A DNA stretch of 63,638 nucleotides, the filler included, from Sphacelaria rigidula (Eukaryota): assembly GCA_964200075.2 (NCBI GenBank). It is 5 parts of 5 records of this genome, joined end to end, with 100 filler letters (N's around TTAATTAATTAA, not from the genome) between each part and the next. Parts side by side here need not be neighbours in the genome. Positions count along the whole stretch, not along the records: positions 1 to 12,650 come from CAXNAA020003535.1; 4 more parts are not named here. One strand, written 5' to 3'. Both the position numbers and the translations under genes were made by a program. Positions 1-11,695 of the stretch are shown piece after piece. Below the pieces are notes generated by a model. It ran no database searches. It was not told the DNA's origin and saw nothing but the letters and a program-made list of their open reading frames with translations. Within the stretch, counting starts at the first letter, position 1, and each line of letters opens with the position of its first letter.

Positions 1-92
1 TGACCTTCCTCCTGTGTGACCCTGGCTGATGCACCCACATATCCCGAAAGGGGTAGACTGGCGCCCAGAACAAATGGGACGACAACACACAC
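1..92 (+). mobile_element. 3' end of tRNA-derived SINE (truncated at window/contig start)
   Basis: CCTTCCTCCTGTGTGACCC...GGGACGACAACACACAC matches the 3' part of the full copy at 6548-6900. Confidence 0.75.
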
Positions 93-1149
93 ACCATGAC
101 AAACCGTTGCCGCCCCCTCCTCGCGCACTATCAACCTGGTGGGGATCGTTTCCAAACCATGATGGGAACCTCCGCGAGCATCACAATGTTTTTGAACAAG
201 AGCGCAAAAGTACTTTACAGCCGTCATGTGTTTGTCCTAGCTCATCCTCTAAAACTCCATGTGCATTTGTAAAGTCGTGTGTTGTGTATTGTGCGCGCGC
301 GTCTCCCACGCACAACGTGCTCGACTGATGTAAGAAACTACGGCTCGAGCTGAATGTTTCTGATTTGCGGGGAAAGCGAGTTCCCGACGTTCACCTTTGA
401 TTGTGTTGAGTTGTGTGTCAAGGGTTTTATTGTATGTTCCCCCGTCAAAGGGATATTGATGTCCCTCTTTGGGATGACGACGAGGCGAAAATATTCATTT
501 GTAGGGTCGACATCATATTATTGAGTCGAGAAATAAATCTCTTTACATTCAAAGTATGAAACTGTCAACGTGCTATCGCTCTCCGCTGAACACAGTCTAC
601 CTCTCGGGGCAGGCATGTCACGCTCTTCCAGCGTGAGTTGTGATCTTGCAGGCATGTCGCACAGTCTCAACTGTACTTCCCTTTTTACCGCCTCTGTACT
701 GTTGCTGCAGCTGCAGCTGTCATTCTACCCGATATGTGTTTTATTTCCATCATGAGGGGCTGAATGCGACGGTCTTCACTCCTTTTTAATTTCGAGTCGA
801 CATCATTTCAACGGTTGCTGAGCCTTGGCGTACGCGTGCTGTCTCACACGAAACATCGTTTTTCATTAAATTCTGAGCAGATGTGTGCAAGTTCACGCGC
901 AACGTGCTGGGTTGATGAGCAGCAACGCCTTTTTCACCAAATTAGGACACGTGCCATCACACAACACACATAACTATCACCGAAGGAAGTCTCCTTCGAA
1001 AATGAGGCTCAACATTACAATGGGGTTCAACTCCATAACAGTGATTTCCCTGACCTCAAGTCATGACGAGACACTTTCTACGATAGCTCCCCCCCCAAAA
1101 AACGTGGCTGGTTTGGGGAGGCAAAATCTACACGTGAATCGAAATGAGA

Positions 1150-1765
1150 AAAGCCGAGAACAACAAGCTGGTGGGGGTACCCACGCTTGGATTCGTTTCC
1201 GCTACTGTCGCTCATATGAGGCGCTTCATCAGCCTGAAGCCAAACATCAGGCGCTGTATGAACATTTTCTTCGCGACAGTTTTGGGCCGCTTTGGGGGTG
1301 GAGGCTATCGTAGAAAGTGTCGACGAATGATCTTCATATAGGCAACCTCATGCCCCCTGACCACCCTGGAACTAGCTTTGGGAGTTTCCCGCCTTCCGTT
1401 CTCCGAAGGGTTTTTGCGAAATCACCGTTTTCGGGGTAGAAAGCGTCCCTTTTTTCCACCCCGAAATCAAAGCAAAAAGATGCTCTCGCACATACCCTTT
1501 TGGGAGCAGAAGGCGGGAAACTCCCAAAAATGGTTTCAGGGAGATCGGGGGGCATGAGGTCGTCCATATATAAAAAATGATTTGTCGACATTTTCTACGA
1601 TATCCCCCCCCTCCCCTCTCCTCAAACCAGCCCAAAACTATCACGAAGAAAATGGTCATACAGCACCCGATGTTTGGCTTCACGTTGATGTAGCGCCTCA
1701 CATGAGCGACATTGGCGAAAACGAACCCAAGCGTGGGAATTTCCATAAGTTCGTTGTGCTCGGTA
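1150..1765. repeat. Long diverged inverted repeat (foldback/MITE remnant), arms ~1150-1411 and ~1494-1765
   Basis: CCCACGCTTGGATTCGTTTCCGC...TTTGGGAGTTTCCCGCCTTC on + is mirrored on -. ORF track shows paired pseudo-peptides (PTLGFVSATVAHMRR / PTLGFVFANVAHVRR). Confidence 0.8.
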
Positions 1766-2539
1766 CGGGCTCCCAGGCGTCCCGACGTGAAGAAGCCCCG
1801 GAGGTCGGTACACAATGGCTCCTGGGATACTCCAAGGAACATCTCTTGGTACAAAGTTTCGTCGGGTAATTCGAAAACCTGCAGCAAGGTACCCGAAAAA
1901 GGTTTTTCGATACCAAAATGAAGCAGATCGAGTCCTAAATCGGCGTCATCTCCACCTGAAAGATGGATCTATGACCCCGATGACCCACTCCGGTAGTGAA
2001 GGCTATACCTTGTGGGGGGTGTAATTTTTTCGTCGCGATGGTGGGGGCTGAGATTTGAACACGGAACCTTCCCTCATGAAACTTGAAGGATTAACTGATG
2101 GTGTTGTCAACGCAAAGGGTGATTACTTGTGGGAAATAATCATTTCTATGCAGTTGGGGAAGCTATTTCTCACAAGTTTTCGTGGCGTCTCTCTTCTTAC
2201 TTTCATTTTTGGCAATGCGTCTTGTAAGGAATAGCAGAGACGGTATTGGAAAGACATGCCTACGTCTGTGACCACGGGTTCGCGAGATCGGAATAATGTG
2301 CGGAAGTAATAAGAAAACGGGATCTGGAAGAAATACCCTTTCTGAGCCTTTTATCGCGAACTTTATGCGGAATACGGGCCTTGACGGATTGGACCTCCTC
2401 TGAAAGATGTACTATGCTTTCCAAGAGGATCCTAGCGCACTTTCCCGATATTTCCTGCGCCCAGTTCTACTTTTGGCCGTATTCCCGATTTTTTCTGTAG
2501 CCCCAAAACTCTTCGAGTTGTCGGGGAAAACACACGTAC

Positions 2540-3045
2540 AACAAGGTTTTCGTGAGATTGGGAGTGAAAAGCGGTCAATTAGTCAAAGACTCGTTTCAGT
2601 TCCAAGATGCCCCTCCACGAGGCCCAACATGCTTTCTGTAGCACCTTGCCACTGACGTCCTTGATATCCCTGAGTTGCATGTCGACGTGTAGCTACAAGC
2701 ACACGCCCGTGATGGAGGCAATAAAAAGCACACACGGAATGAAAAATTAGCCAAGTTAAAGCAGATTATGGAAGCCAATCTCAATCAGCACTCTACTCTC
2801 AATTTCACGAAAACGTTGACACGCGGCCATTTTGCTACCCCCCAAAATGCCTCTGGGGGGATGCGCGGCCCTCCAGAGGCAAAAACAAGCCTCCGGAGGC
2901 CTTCAATCCCTCTGAAGGACACCAAACACCACCGACCCGGAGGGCCGCGCACCCCTCCGGAGGCGTTTAATTCCTCTGGAGGCTCAAAACGTTTACCCAC
3001 CTGGAGGAATTTCGGGGGGTAACCAAACGGCCGCGTATGTTGTTA
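2540..3045. mobile_element. MITE (~285 bp excluding insert) with TIR ~AACAACGTTTTCGTGAGATTGAGAGT
   Basis: Terminal inverted repeats. A colinear second copy lies at 32453-32753. Confidence 0.75.
2819..3038. mobile_element. 220-bp MITE with TIR A(C/T)ACGCGGCC...TACCCCCC and 4-bp TSD GTTG
   Basis: TIRs ACACGCGGCCATTTTGCTACCCCCCAAAAT / ATTTCGGGGGGTAACCAAACGGCCGCGTAT. GTTG at 2815-2818 and 3039-3042. Removing the insert restores AAAACGTTGTTA, as seen at the end of the 32453-32753 copy. Confidence 0.8.
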
Positions 3046-4124
3046 TCCTTTTCCCGACAACTCGAAGAGATTTGGGGCTACTGAAAAATCAGGAACACGG
3101 CCAAAATAAAACCTGGGCGTATGAAAGATCGGGAAAGTGCGACATAATCGTCTTGGAAAGCATAGCAGATCCTTCAGAGGGAGGCCCAGTCCGCCATGGC
3201 CCGAATTCCACCAAAAGTCCGCGAACAAATTGTGAAATAGGGCATTTCTCCGAGAGCCCGTTCTCTGACTATAAGCAGCGATCTTACTACATTCTGAAAA
3301 GCCCCAATGATGAATGCTCACACTCAACAACTCAAGACTTATGAGTGATGCTACGGTAGGGGTGCACAGATATTTTCTGAGGTTAGAATTGTTAGGAGCC
3401 CTTGATGCCATGCAAAATACGACTTATGAAAATATGTAAAGGTACGCTAGGATTACTACTCTGTTGTGCTAGGGATATCCCGAATGAATTTGCAAACTGG
3501 GATGCCCTGACCCATATTCTTGTGCATCTAGAATCGATAGGAGCCCCTGAACTAGACGATATTTCGCGAAAAAAGTGTATCCCTGCCGCAGCATTAGGGC
3601 CCTCGTCAGATATAGACACTAAATCCGTTCCTTGTTCGCCTGTGCAAAATCACCGCTTGAGAGTGATTCTACATAAGGGGTGCACTTTGTAGTCCAGAAG
3701 CTTTCTGATGCTGCTACACACTGAGACCCAGACGTTTGTCATCGAGAGGCTCCCGAAGTGTCAGAGCCTCAGAAAAAATGCCCCCCCCGGCGTAGAACCA
3801 CTCTTGATCATAGCCTAGGGCATTTTCTCGCCTCTGAGCCATGCTACGGTGGGGGTTGCATATTTGCATTGGTCAAGGTGTTTCTCCCTGAGGAGTTCCT
3901 TAAGTTAGGAGCCACACAAGAACGTGGGTCAGGACATTCCCTCTTTTTCAAATGCTTTCGGGAAATATACTGTACTAAAACGCACTAGGGTCCAAAGGGA
4001 TTAAATTCGTATGGAGTTACGAGCTAGTTGTATACGTACTTGAGTGATCCCGCGATAGCCTTCCCCAAGAAAAGTGGCTGATTTGAGGAGGCGAGATATA
4101 CATGCGTACCGAAGTGACAAAAAC

Positions 4125-4290
4125 CGAGAGCACCAAAAAGCTGGAAACTCCCACGCTTGGAATCGTATTTGCCAACGTCGCCCCCATATGAAGCGCTTCA
4201 TGCAGTATGGAACCAGTGATCATGCACTGGATGTCCATTTTCTTCTTAACAAGTTTGGGGCTGTTTAGGGGGGCTATCGCTATATGCGGA
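4125..4290 (+). repeat. Third diverged copy of the 1150-1411 repeat arm
   Basis: CCCACGCTTGGAATCGTATTTGCCAACGTCGCCCCCATATGAAGCGCTTCA similar to 1180-1230. Confidence 0.65.
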
Positions 4291-4650
4291 AATAATAATA
4301 AGAAGAAATCACCGAATCCCTCAAAGGTCAGAAACTACTTCCTTTTAGTACGGAGTGCACAAACTGGGGCACTCCGTTTTTGGTATGCTGCTTGATTTCA
4401 GTAGACCGCCGTACAACTCCTTGGCTCCGGTTTCCGTGTAACTCCACGGTCTCTCCTATAATCAATTTCCACCTCGAAGGGGTGAGCGCGATTCGCGGCC
4501 TGCTGTCGGTAGGAGGAGGGCCCATTGGAGCAACCAATTAGAGGGTGTTAAACCCCGTGCGAAACTGAAGCGAAATCGGATGCTTGAGTTTAATTCAATA
4601 TACTAAGATCGAACCCGAAACGTGTGCCAGTACGCCAGCTGGCTGTAAAG

Positions 4651-4918
4651 ATGACACGCGCTTGCAAGACGCTAACGCTTCTTCTCGTGCTACCTATGCC
4701 TCGACCATTGACTGCCTTCTATCAAAACCCATTCCTACACTCTCGCCTAGTGGTGCCGAAAATATCGATATCATCAACCGTAGCTGCTGGAACTGAACTA
4801 AGGTACTACGGATGCTCACAGCCGCTGGGCCGTAGCTTGCGCCGGCGGAGGCATTCCTCGTTGCGTGTTGTGGCCGCGTCGTCAAGGAAGGCAGGAGAGT
4901 CTGTAGCCCCTATGGAAG
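4651..4918 (+). CDS. Exon 1 of NOG1-like GTPase; signal peptide plus transit-peptide-like leader
   Basis: MTRACKTLTLLLVLPMPRPLTAFYQ... followed by a Ser/Arg-rich stretch. Strong donor GAAG|GTATGT, phase 1, compatible with the exon at 11535. Confidence 0.6.
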
Positions 4919-5684
4919 GTATGTAAATGTGGCAGGCGGGGGTGTGCATGATATCGAAACACACACAAGGAGTCTGATATTTCAACTGTGTCCTGAATGG
5001 ATTAGCGGCCGGCCTTCTCATGGGTGTGGTACGGGAAGTGCATGTTTCCTCGATCCTCTACTACATAAGGTTTTGCTTGTGAGTTTTGCCCAATTCGTGC
5101 AAGTGCGGTTAGATTGATGACACACGTAGAGGCTTTAGCGTGTGACTTCAACTCCAAGAAACCTGCGTGATGAGGAGCCCGCATGTAGTATGTACAGACA
5201 AGACAGTACAGGACAGCACACAGTGGGCCTCTTTTCGGTACAATATTTTTGGCTGACAGTCCCGCGGAAGAAGTGCACATGATGTTGTGATCCTTCAGAA
5301 CACTGTGCATCATAGCACGGCACTGAACGTTGAGGATTTAAATGGCTGCTTGCGTACAGTGCAAAATGGCTGGCCTCCATTGCTCCTCTCCTGCCTAAGT
5401 TGAACAGCATCGTCGTCAAGCATTCGCACGGATGTCCTCGGCTGCGCTGGCACCAAGCAGGGAAGGCTGAGCAAATGTGATGCTGGACATACTTTACCGA
5501 CGGGCTTCGCCCCGAAAATACCAGCAGACACGGCTCCGCGCACATATGGTGACCTGTGGAGCGTACCGGGGTATCGGCGCGGCAGAGGGCAGGAATGTTG
5601 GAAAGGGTGGTAAAATACGATCAGGAGGCCTTCAGTAAGGCATGAGACTATCTGGCATCAAGCTCCAGTGATGGCGACGGCGGT

Positions 5685-5954
5685 TAATGAATTTGGCATG
5701 GAATCGTTTGATGCATTAGACAGTGGCGAAAAAACGATCGTTATACTAGGAGATAGATGGTGGCCACAGACGGCGAAACAGGACGGGGATAAACAATGTG
5801 AACGTTTTTTGTGTAATTTATGGAAGAAACGTCATGAGCGCCTGAATGTTGGAGTGTGTATCTATTAGGAGTAGGAATGGTGCTCCGTCTCGAAAGGGAA
5901 TCGGCGTCAATGGTCAAACGACTAAGGCAAGCAACAAATGAGTACGCCCCCCCC
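5685..5954 (+). mobile_element. 3'-terminal fragment of a non-LTR retrotransposon ending in ATGAGTACG-(C)n
   Basis: Pseudo-peptide ...ILGDRWWPQTAKQDGDKQCERFLCNLWKKR resembles a LINE ORF2 C-terminus. Further copies at 56462-56665, 40569-40632 and 38057-38131(-). Confidence 0.6.
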
Positions 5955-5959
5955 GCGGG

Positions 5960-6117
5960 ATGTGTTGTGAATGCGTTGGTGTCCCATATATCCTGTACGC
6001 CAGTCCCTTTCGGTACATGTGAGCGCATCAGCCGGAATCACACAGGAGAAAGACCATCACAAGAGGTTTTTCTCCTTTATTTTGTGTTTTTATTACTCCA
6101 CCTTCCTTGTGCGGTGG
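5960..6117 (-). mobile_element. Diverged 3' half of tRNA-derived SINE
   Basis: Reverse-complement similarity to 6745-6900 (CACCGCA..GGAAGGT...CTCCTGTGTGA..CCGGCTGATGC). Confidence 0.6.
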
Positions 6118-6547
6118 TATAGGGACGAATTACCGCCATCATCGAGTGGCCTGATTCTCTCTCGACCTTTGGCCCATGCAGGGTAATGCGCGGACAAGGT
6201 GGGAAGGTGTGTTTCTTTTAAAATAATCGCGTGCTTCTCAGACCCGCTGTAAAAATAGACATTTTCGAGAATGCACAGACAACGGTGCAGGGCAAAAGCA
6301 AAACCAAGTGCACCCTGTTGCCGGTAAGCGTGGTGTGATGATTCCAGCTACACAGAGGCCGGATGGGACTTGGAGAAAGGCCAGAAAAATCAGAGCAGGT
6401 AGACGTGCAGTCGATAGCACAGTCTAGTAGTACCACATCGTGCTGTACTCTCTTCTCTATATCCTGTGCTGTCTGTACTGGCTGCTGTATTGGAACAGGA
6501 CAGAATAGGAGACTTGACGTGCTGCTTTATTCACAGCACATCCTCAC

Positions 6548-6900
6548 GGTCGCCCCGGTGACTCAGTTGGTAACCTCGAAACCCTCTGACGGTTGGGTCG
6601 TGGGTTCAAATCTCGGAGCGACCTGGGATTTTTTCTCACACCATGCTCAACAGTGGAAAGCGAGTATGTAGTGGGTACACAACAATTCGACGTAATGGTC
6701 GACGAGGGCAGGGGATTGCTGAACCCCTCTCGCGATAAAAAAAGGCGGGCACCGCAGAAGGAAGGTAGATAATGAAAAATGAACAAAATGGAGAAACTCC
6801 TGTGTTGGCCTTCCTCCTGTGTGACCCCGGCTGGTGCGCCCACATATACCAAAAGGTGCGGGCCGGCGTCCCGAATAGATGAGACGACAACACACAACAC
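6548..6900 (+). mobile_element. Full-length tRNA-derived SINE (~350 bp)
   Basis: Head 6548-6623 with A-box-like TGACTCAGTTGG and B-box-like GGTTCAAATCT, closed by stem GGTCGCCCCG/CGGAGCGACC. Non-tRNA body and CA-rich tail. Multiple copies in window. Confidence 0.8.
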
Positions 6901-8701
6901 AGCTACGGCATGAAAGTGAAGGCGAATTGAAACCGCAACAGTACGTCAGAGCAAGGCTGCTGCAACCTTAGGTGTTCGTTGCCCGTCGTTGCCCCGTGTA
7001 GGGTGCGTGTTTCCGTGGCTTCTACCCAGGGATCAGCCATGAGCTGTGTGTGCAGCGTTGTCACGAGTCTGTCGAAAGAGCGGGTACACACTCGAAAGAC
7101 TTATCAGCTCGATGTCGAAGCAAAAATGATCCTGGAGAACATACCTCGAGCTACAAGGCGCGAAGGACCAAGTATTCTTCGAAAAATGTGAGGCCGACCG
7201 GGTTAATGCGGTATGCAGCAGCACAACAAATTCGTGTGCTGACGTCGAAACTAATATGCTTCGCTGGACTCCTATCATTTTCATTCATTTCATTGGGGCC
7301 GGTTACTCGTGTTCCTTTCCTACCCTTTCCTTTTCCCTTCCTCCTTTTCTTCTGTCTTGTATTTTCTCTGCTTTTTGGTCAGTTTCCTGCGTTATATCTT
7401 TGTTCATTTATCTTATCTCCCTCTATGGAGTCTTTTTCAGCGGGCGTCTCAGTTTTGATTACCTTACACACGTCATTATCCAGCTGTGGATAATGACCAC
7501 AGCTGGATTATGACCAGGGGGGTCAGTAATTGTGCAACAGACGATGGAGTCAATCAAACCGCAGTAACCTGAACCGCACTATTCGTCACTAGAACCACAA
7601 GAAATTGTGTGCACGAGATTTGGGGTTGCACAGTACCGCACAGTACGTCAACAAGGCGTCTTTTACCGTGATATGGATATCCAGGATGCTGGGTCGTGCG
7701 TGGCTAACCGGTGTTTCGAATGTTGATGCAATTTATCATAGCAATGAGAGCATGCAATAGGAGCATGCAACGACGGCATGAGCAGCACGGTTGCGGTGCA
7801 GTCTGGCGCGCAAAGACCATATTTCCAAACAGTTGGGTCAACATATATCAAATCGTCCTGGATGCATCAAATGTTTGAGGGAATGGTGCTGTGCACATTC
7901 TTCCTGCTATATACCTCCCCCGTCTAATGAAGGATGGTTTGCTGTCGTGCTGTATTCCTTATTTTATTAGGACTGTGCACCGTCGACTCTCGAGACTGCG
8001 TTTGTCGTGAGGTAGACCAACATAGGTTGTGCACATTTCTTCGCATCCCTTCAATGTGAATTCGTCATTCGGTTTTGCACAACCGGACGTACGTGGGTTT
8101 TCCAGCGTCTAGAGCAGGAAGTACACGAATTCTTTCGTGGCGTTGCGCAACAATTGTGGAATGCTCTCAACCAAACATGTGTGTAGTACTGCGTGTTCCC
8201 TTTGACATTTTTCAACGTAAACAACACCGCTCTCTGTCGATACCCTCTACAGCGCAGCATCGAGGGCAGCAAAGTGTCTTCACTAGCATAGCAGGCACCA
8301 AAAACGGCCTTCCATGAACGGTGACTGGTTTCTAGACAGGGACATTCCGATGGACACTCCAGGCGTCGCACGTACTCTTAACAAAAGTTATTATTCTCAT
8401 CGAGCGACACCGCTGAATAAACCCCGAAAGAATCAACGTCGGGGCTCCGCGTCCGCGTCGGATCCTGTACCCTCTGTATCTGAGTCGCGGTAGTCGGACT
8501 CCTTATTCCTGATGAAGATTTCCGCGAAACAATCGGATTCATGTACAACCGCCGACCCCCCGAAGTTGTTGCGACCGTTGCCGTCATTGGAGCCCACACC
8601 GCCTCCTGACCTCTCTGTAGCCATCCCACTCCCCTCGCGCTCGTATGGACGCTCAATAGGAGGAACACCGGTTGCACCACCAGGCGTCTCGCTCGGCTTC
8701 A

Positions 8702-8717
8702 CACACCCTGGACAATA
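8702..8717 (+). mobile_element. Solo terminus CACACCCTGGACAATA related to the TIR of the 20985-22671 element
   Basis: Exact reverse complement of TATTGTCCAGGGTGTG at 27274-27289. Confidence 0.5.
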
Positions 8718-10334
8718 GATTGCATCGTCAAAAAATTCACTGCGTACAGTGTGGAATAATACACGCAATAGTCAATATTGTACGCAATACACTTTTTTTT
8801 GCGATGAAGTATATTGTCATTCTCCAGCGTGTGCTCGCTTCCCCGGTCTCGCCCAGTATACGATCCGCCCCCTCTTCCAACTCGCTCGCCGGTGTTTTCG
8901 GCCATAGCCATCGTGTGCGGAGGCAAGACCGGGCCCGAAAGTCAGCAGTCGTTACAACCATAGCAAAAAGAGTACAGTCCTTGATACACGTCTGCCACTG
9001 ACACGTTTAAATTATTTCGCCGCGACCTCCTCCGGCTTTCAAATTCACCGCAGAGTTTGGAAATTTCCAGACCGGCCTACTCCCGCATTGCTGGATAGAT
9101 TGACGACGTTGTAGCGGGTTGGCTCAACCAATGGTCCTGCGCGATGCACGTCTACTCCCGTTGTCAAGAGTATTCTCTCCCGGCTTGATGCTCCCACCAC
9201 GCTCGTTGAAGTCGTCTTTCGGCAATATACGCCCGTAGCGTCTTCCCCAAGCCTCGAACACATCGTCGATTTTCTTCACGCGCGCTGGAGGATGGATAGA
9301 TCGGGACATCATCCAGATGACATGTGTGGATGGAGGTCATGGGGTTACCAACACCTGGTCCAGGTGCACAGTGAATTGTGTACTCGGAGCCGCCGTCGTG
9401 GCGCCACCCCAATGGTTGCTGTTCTTCCGGCACGGCAGACGCCTCGCCGGGTAGATATGTCGCCGCTGTCGCCGCCATCCCCGCCCTCGGCGGGCCTCCC
9501 ACCACTAACGTGCGAAATTAAGCAGCCGGACGTTCCAGCCTCTATTGCATATTTATACCTGCCACCACCGCTGTCCTCTCTCTCACCTCCCTGACAATAT
9601 GCCCTCCTTGCCGCGCTGCCAGGGGAATCGACAGGGCGTACCGGTGCTGTATAGCAGCATTTGTCACGGGGATCGAACAGCGAAGTCCTGCCGCACCTCG
9701 TTACGGTTACCGCGCGATGAAGTTTGGTAGCCTGGTGGTCTGTGTGGAACAAGCAGTAGATCGAGCTTCTCCTGGCATCCCTGAGGCATATCTCCGTATC
9801 TGCTGCCCGTGCGCCTTTATGACGACAGTGTCTACGTTGTTAAGTACAACACGCAATATCTCGGGGTGGACTTCATGCTCATAACAGGCTACGATTGCCT
9901 AGTATCCGCGGTCCGTGACGGCCTGAGGAGGTTGCGTACCATATTCCTTCGCGACACGGACAGTGCGGCCTTGCCACGGTTAGTACGGATCTAGCTACTC
10001 CGTGTTTGGGTGGAACTCTGCTGCCGACCTACCTGCGCAACTTTTATTGATGTGTCCTGAGCGTTATACACTACCCACGCAAGGGAGAAAGCCGAAGGGG
10101 GCGCACGATAGCACCTTGGTATACCGCCGCACCAGGGGGGCGTACAGCAATTGTTCGCAGTGTTCGTAAGGCGCGACAGTACTTACCCGCTGGAACATGA
10201 CGCCGAGGCAAAACTATCAACAAATTGAATGTGTGGATGTACCCACGCGAGGGAGAGAACCGAAGGGGGCGCACGATAGTATCTTGGTAAGCCGGCACAC
10301 CAGCGAGGCGTGTAGCAACTCATCGCACTGTCGC

Positions 10335-10818
10335 ACCTTGGACCATTTCGATGGGGTCCGATCTGTTTGTTCACAAATCTGAGGATTTCAGTCCGTCTAC
10401 CGGCGATTTTCTCCCTCGGATAGATTTTTCGGACCCCGTTACGTTGGGCAATGTGGTTCGGCTAGCTGTGAGAAAAACAGATGGATTCTCCGATTCCCTA
10501 GACGTCGACTTTTTATTCATCACTTCTGCTCAAATCGGGACACTCCCGAATACGTACAGATTTGAGGCGCAGATCTGTCTGTGTTCGGGACTATGCCCAT
10601 TTGAGCAGAATGGTGACATACTGAAGGTCAACCTCCCGAGAATCAGAGAGAGAAATAGAAAATAATTGATATGTTCTTCTCACAGCTAGCCGAAAATATT
10701 TCCCACCGGGCTGCAGTCCGAAAATCAATACAAGGGAGAAAATCGCCTGTAGACGGACTGAAGTCCTGAGAATTGTACAAAAATAGATTGGTTCCCCACT
10801 AAAATGGTCTTGGACGCG
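10335..10818. repeat. Inverted-repeat element (arms ~10335-10480 / ~10672-10818) within a ~168-bp tandem repeat starting ~10074
   Basis: TTCAGTCCGTCTACCGGCGATTTTCTCCCT mirrored by AGGGAGAAAATCGCCTGTAGACGGACTGAA. CCGAAGGGGGCGCACGATAG is repeated directly at ~10092 and ~10260. Confidence 0.65.
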
Positions 10819-11534
10819 AGAGTAGTTGCCCGCTGGAGGATGACGATAAGATGAAACTATCCACATATTAGTCGTGAACGAAACGAGCCGGCATCGAAAA
10901 AGAGCAGGAGGCTCTTGTTTTGTTTTGTTTCTTCGAGGGGGAGAGATTGCCAGTTTCACTTCCACATCGCGCCCTATGTATCCCACACAAGAGCGCAGAT
11001 CGCATGCTAGAGTGTTTGGCACGGTCACACAAGCACGCCGACAAAGTTGACCACCGACCGCACAGAATTTTCACTTGAAAACATGTGCCCTATTCAGACG
11101 ATTCAGGTTGCAGAGGTCATGGCCACGGGACAACTTGGGCTCAACCTTGTCGGAGCGCATCGAGTTTTTGACGCGGTAGTTTGCGGCCAACCACGACCAA
11201 CATCGAAAATGTGCGATTAGAAATGGATGTGGTCGGAAAGCGGATGCGATAGTTTGTTCCTCAGATGAGTCACGATGTTGCGGTCGGTGGGATGCTTAGA
11301 ATGAGAAACGGACCTCCTCACTTCCATAGGAATCTCGCTTGCTGAAAGGCACGGTGGATCCAACCCTTCGTCACATCTCCTTTTGCCCCTGGAACTCACC
11401 GTTGTGCGGTTTTTCACAGGACTTGAAATGCCCCACCTGCATCATTTCGGCAGAGTGTACGTCGGAAAAAAGCTCGAGGCGAAGTTCGCGTTTTCCCTTC
11501 CCCCAATGTTTTGGCGTCTTTTTCTCATGCGCAG

Positions 11535-11695
11535 GAGACGCGAGGCGAGCGGCACAGCATGACGAACCGCCACGGAAAAGGAAGACGACTCGAAAGCGAT
11601 TAACCTCGACAGGAGGGCTAAAGTCTCTCCCTATCGTCACACCTTCGGTGGAACTACTCGCGCACGCGACAAGCCGATCGAAGAAGGTTGGCCAG
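11535..11695 (+). CDS. Exon 2 of NOG1-like GTPase (start of NOG1 N-terminal helical region)
   Basis: Acceptor TTTTTCTCATGCGCAG|GA, donor CAG|GTACGT. Peptide GGLKSLPIVTPSVELLAHATSRSKKVGQ resembles the NOG1 family N-terminal motif. Confidence 0.75.

Larger units (their letters stand above)
2300..3270. mobile_element. Foldback-type element, inverted arms ~2300-2530 and ~3048-3270, hosting two nested MITEs
   Basis: TTTTGGCCGTATTCC...GTAGCCCCAAAACTCTTCGAGTTGTCGGG(G)AAAA has a reverse-complement match at 3048-3120, and the similarity extends ~200 bp outward. Confidence 0.7.

Noticed and set aside
6548-6623. Functional tRNA gene (CTG anticodon)
   Set aside because: Anticodon arm pairs poorly, the copies differ, and the head is followed by a conserved SINE body wherever the contig extends far enough to see it
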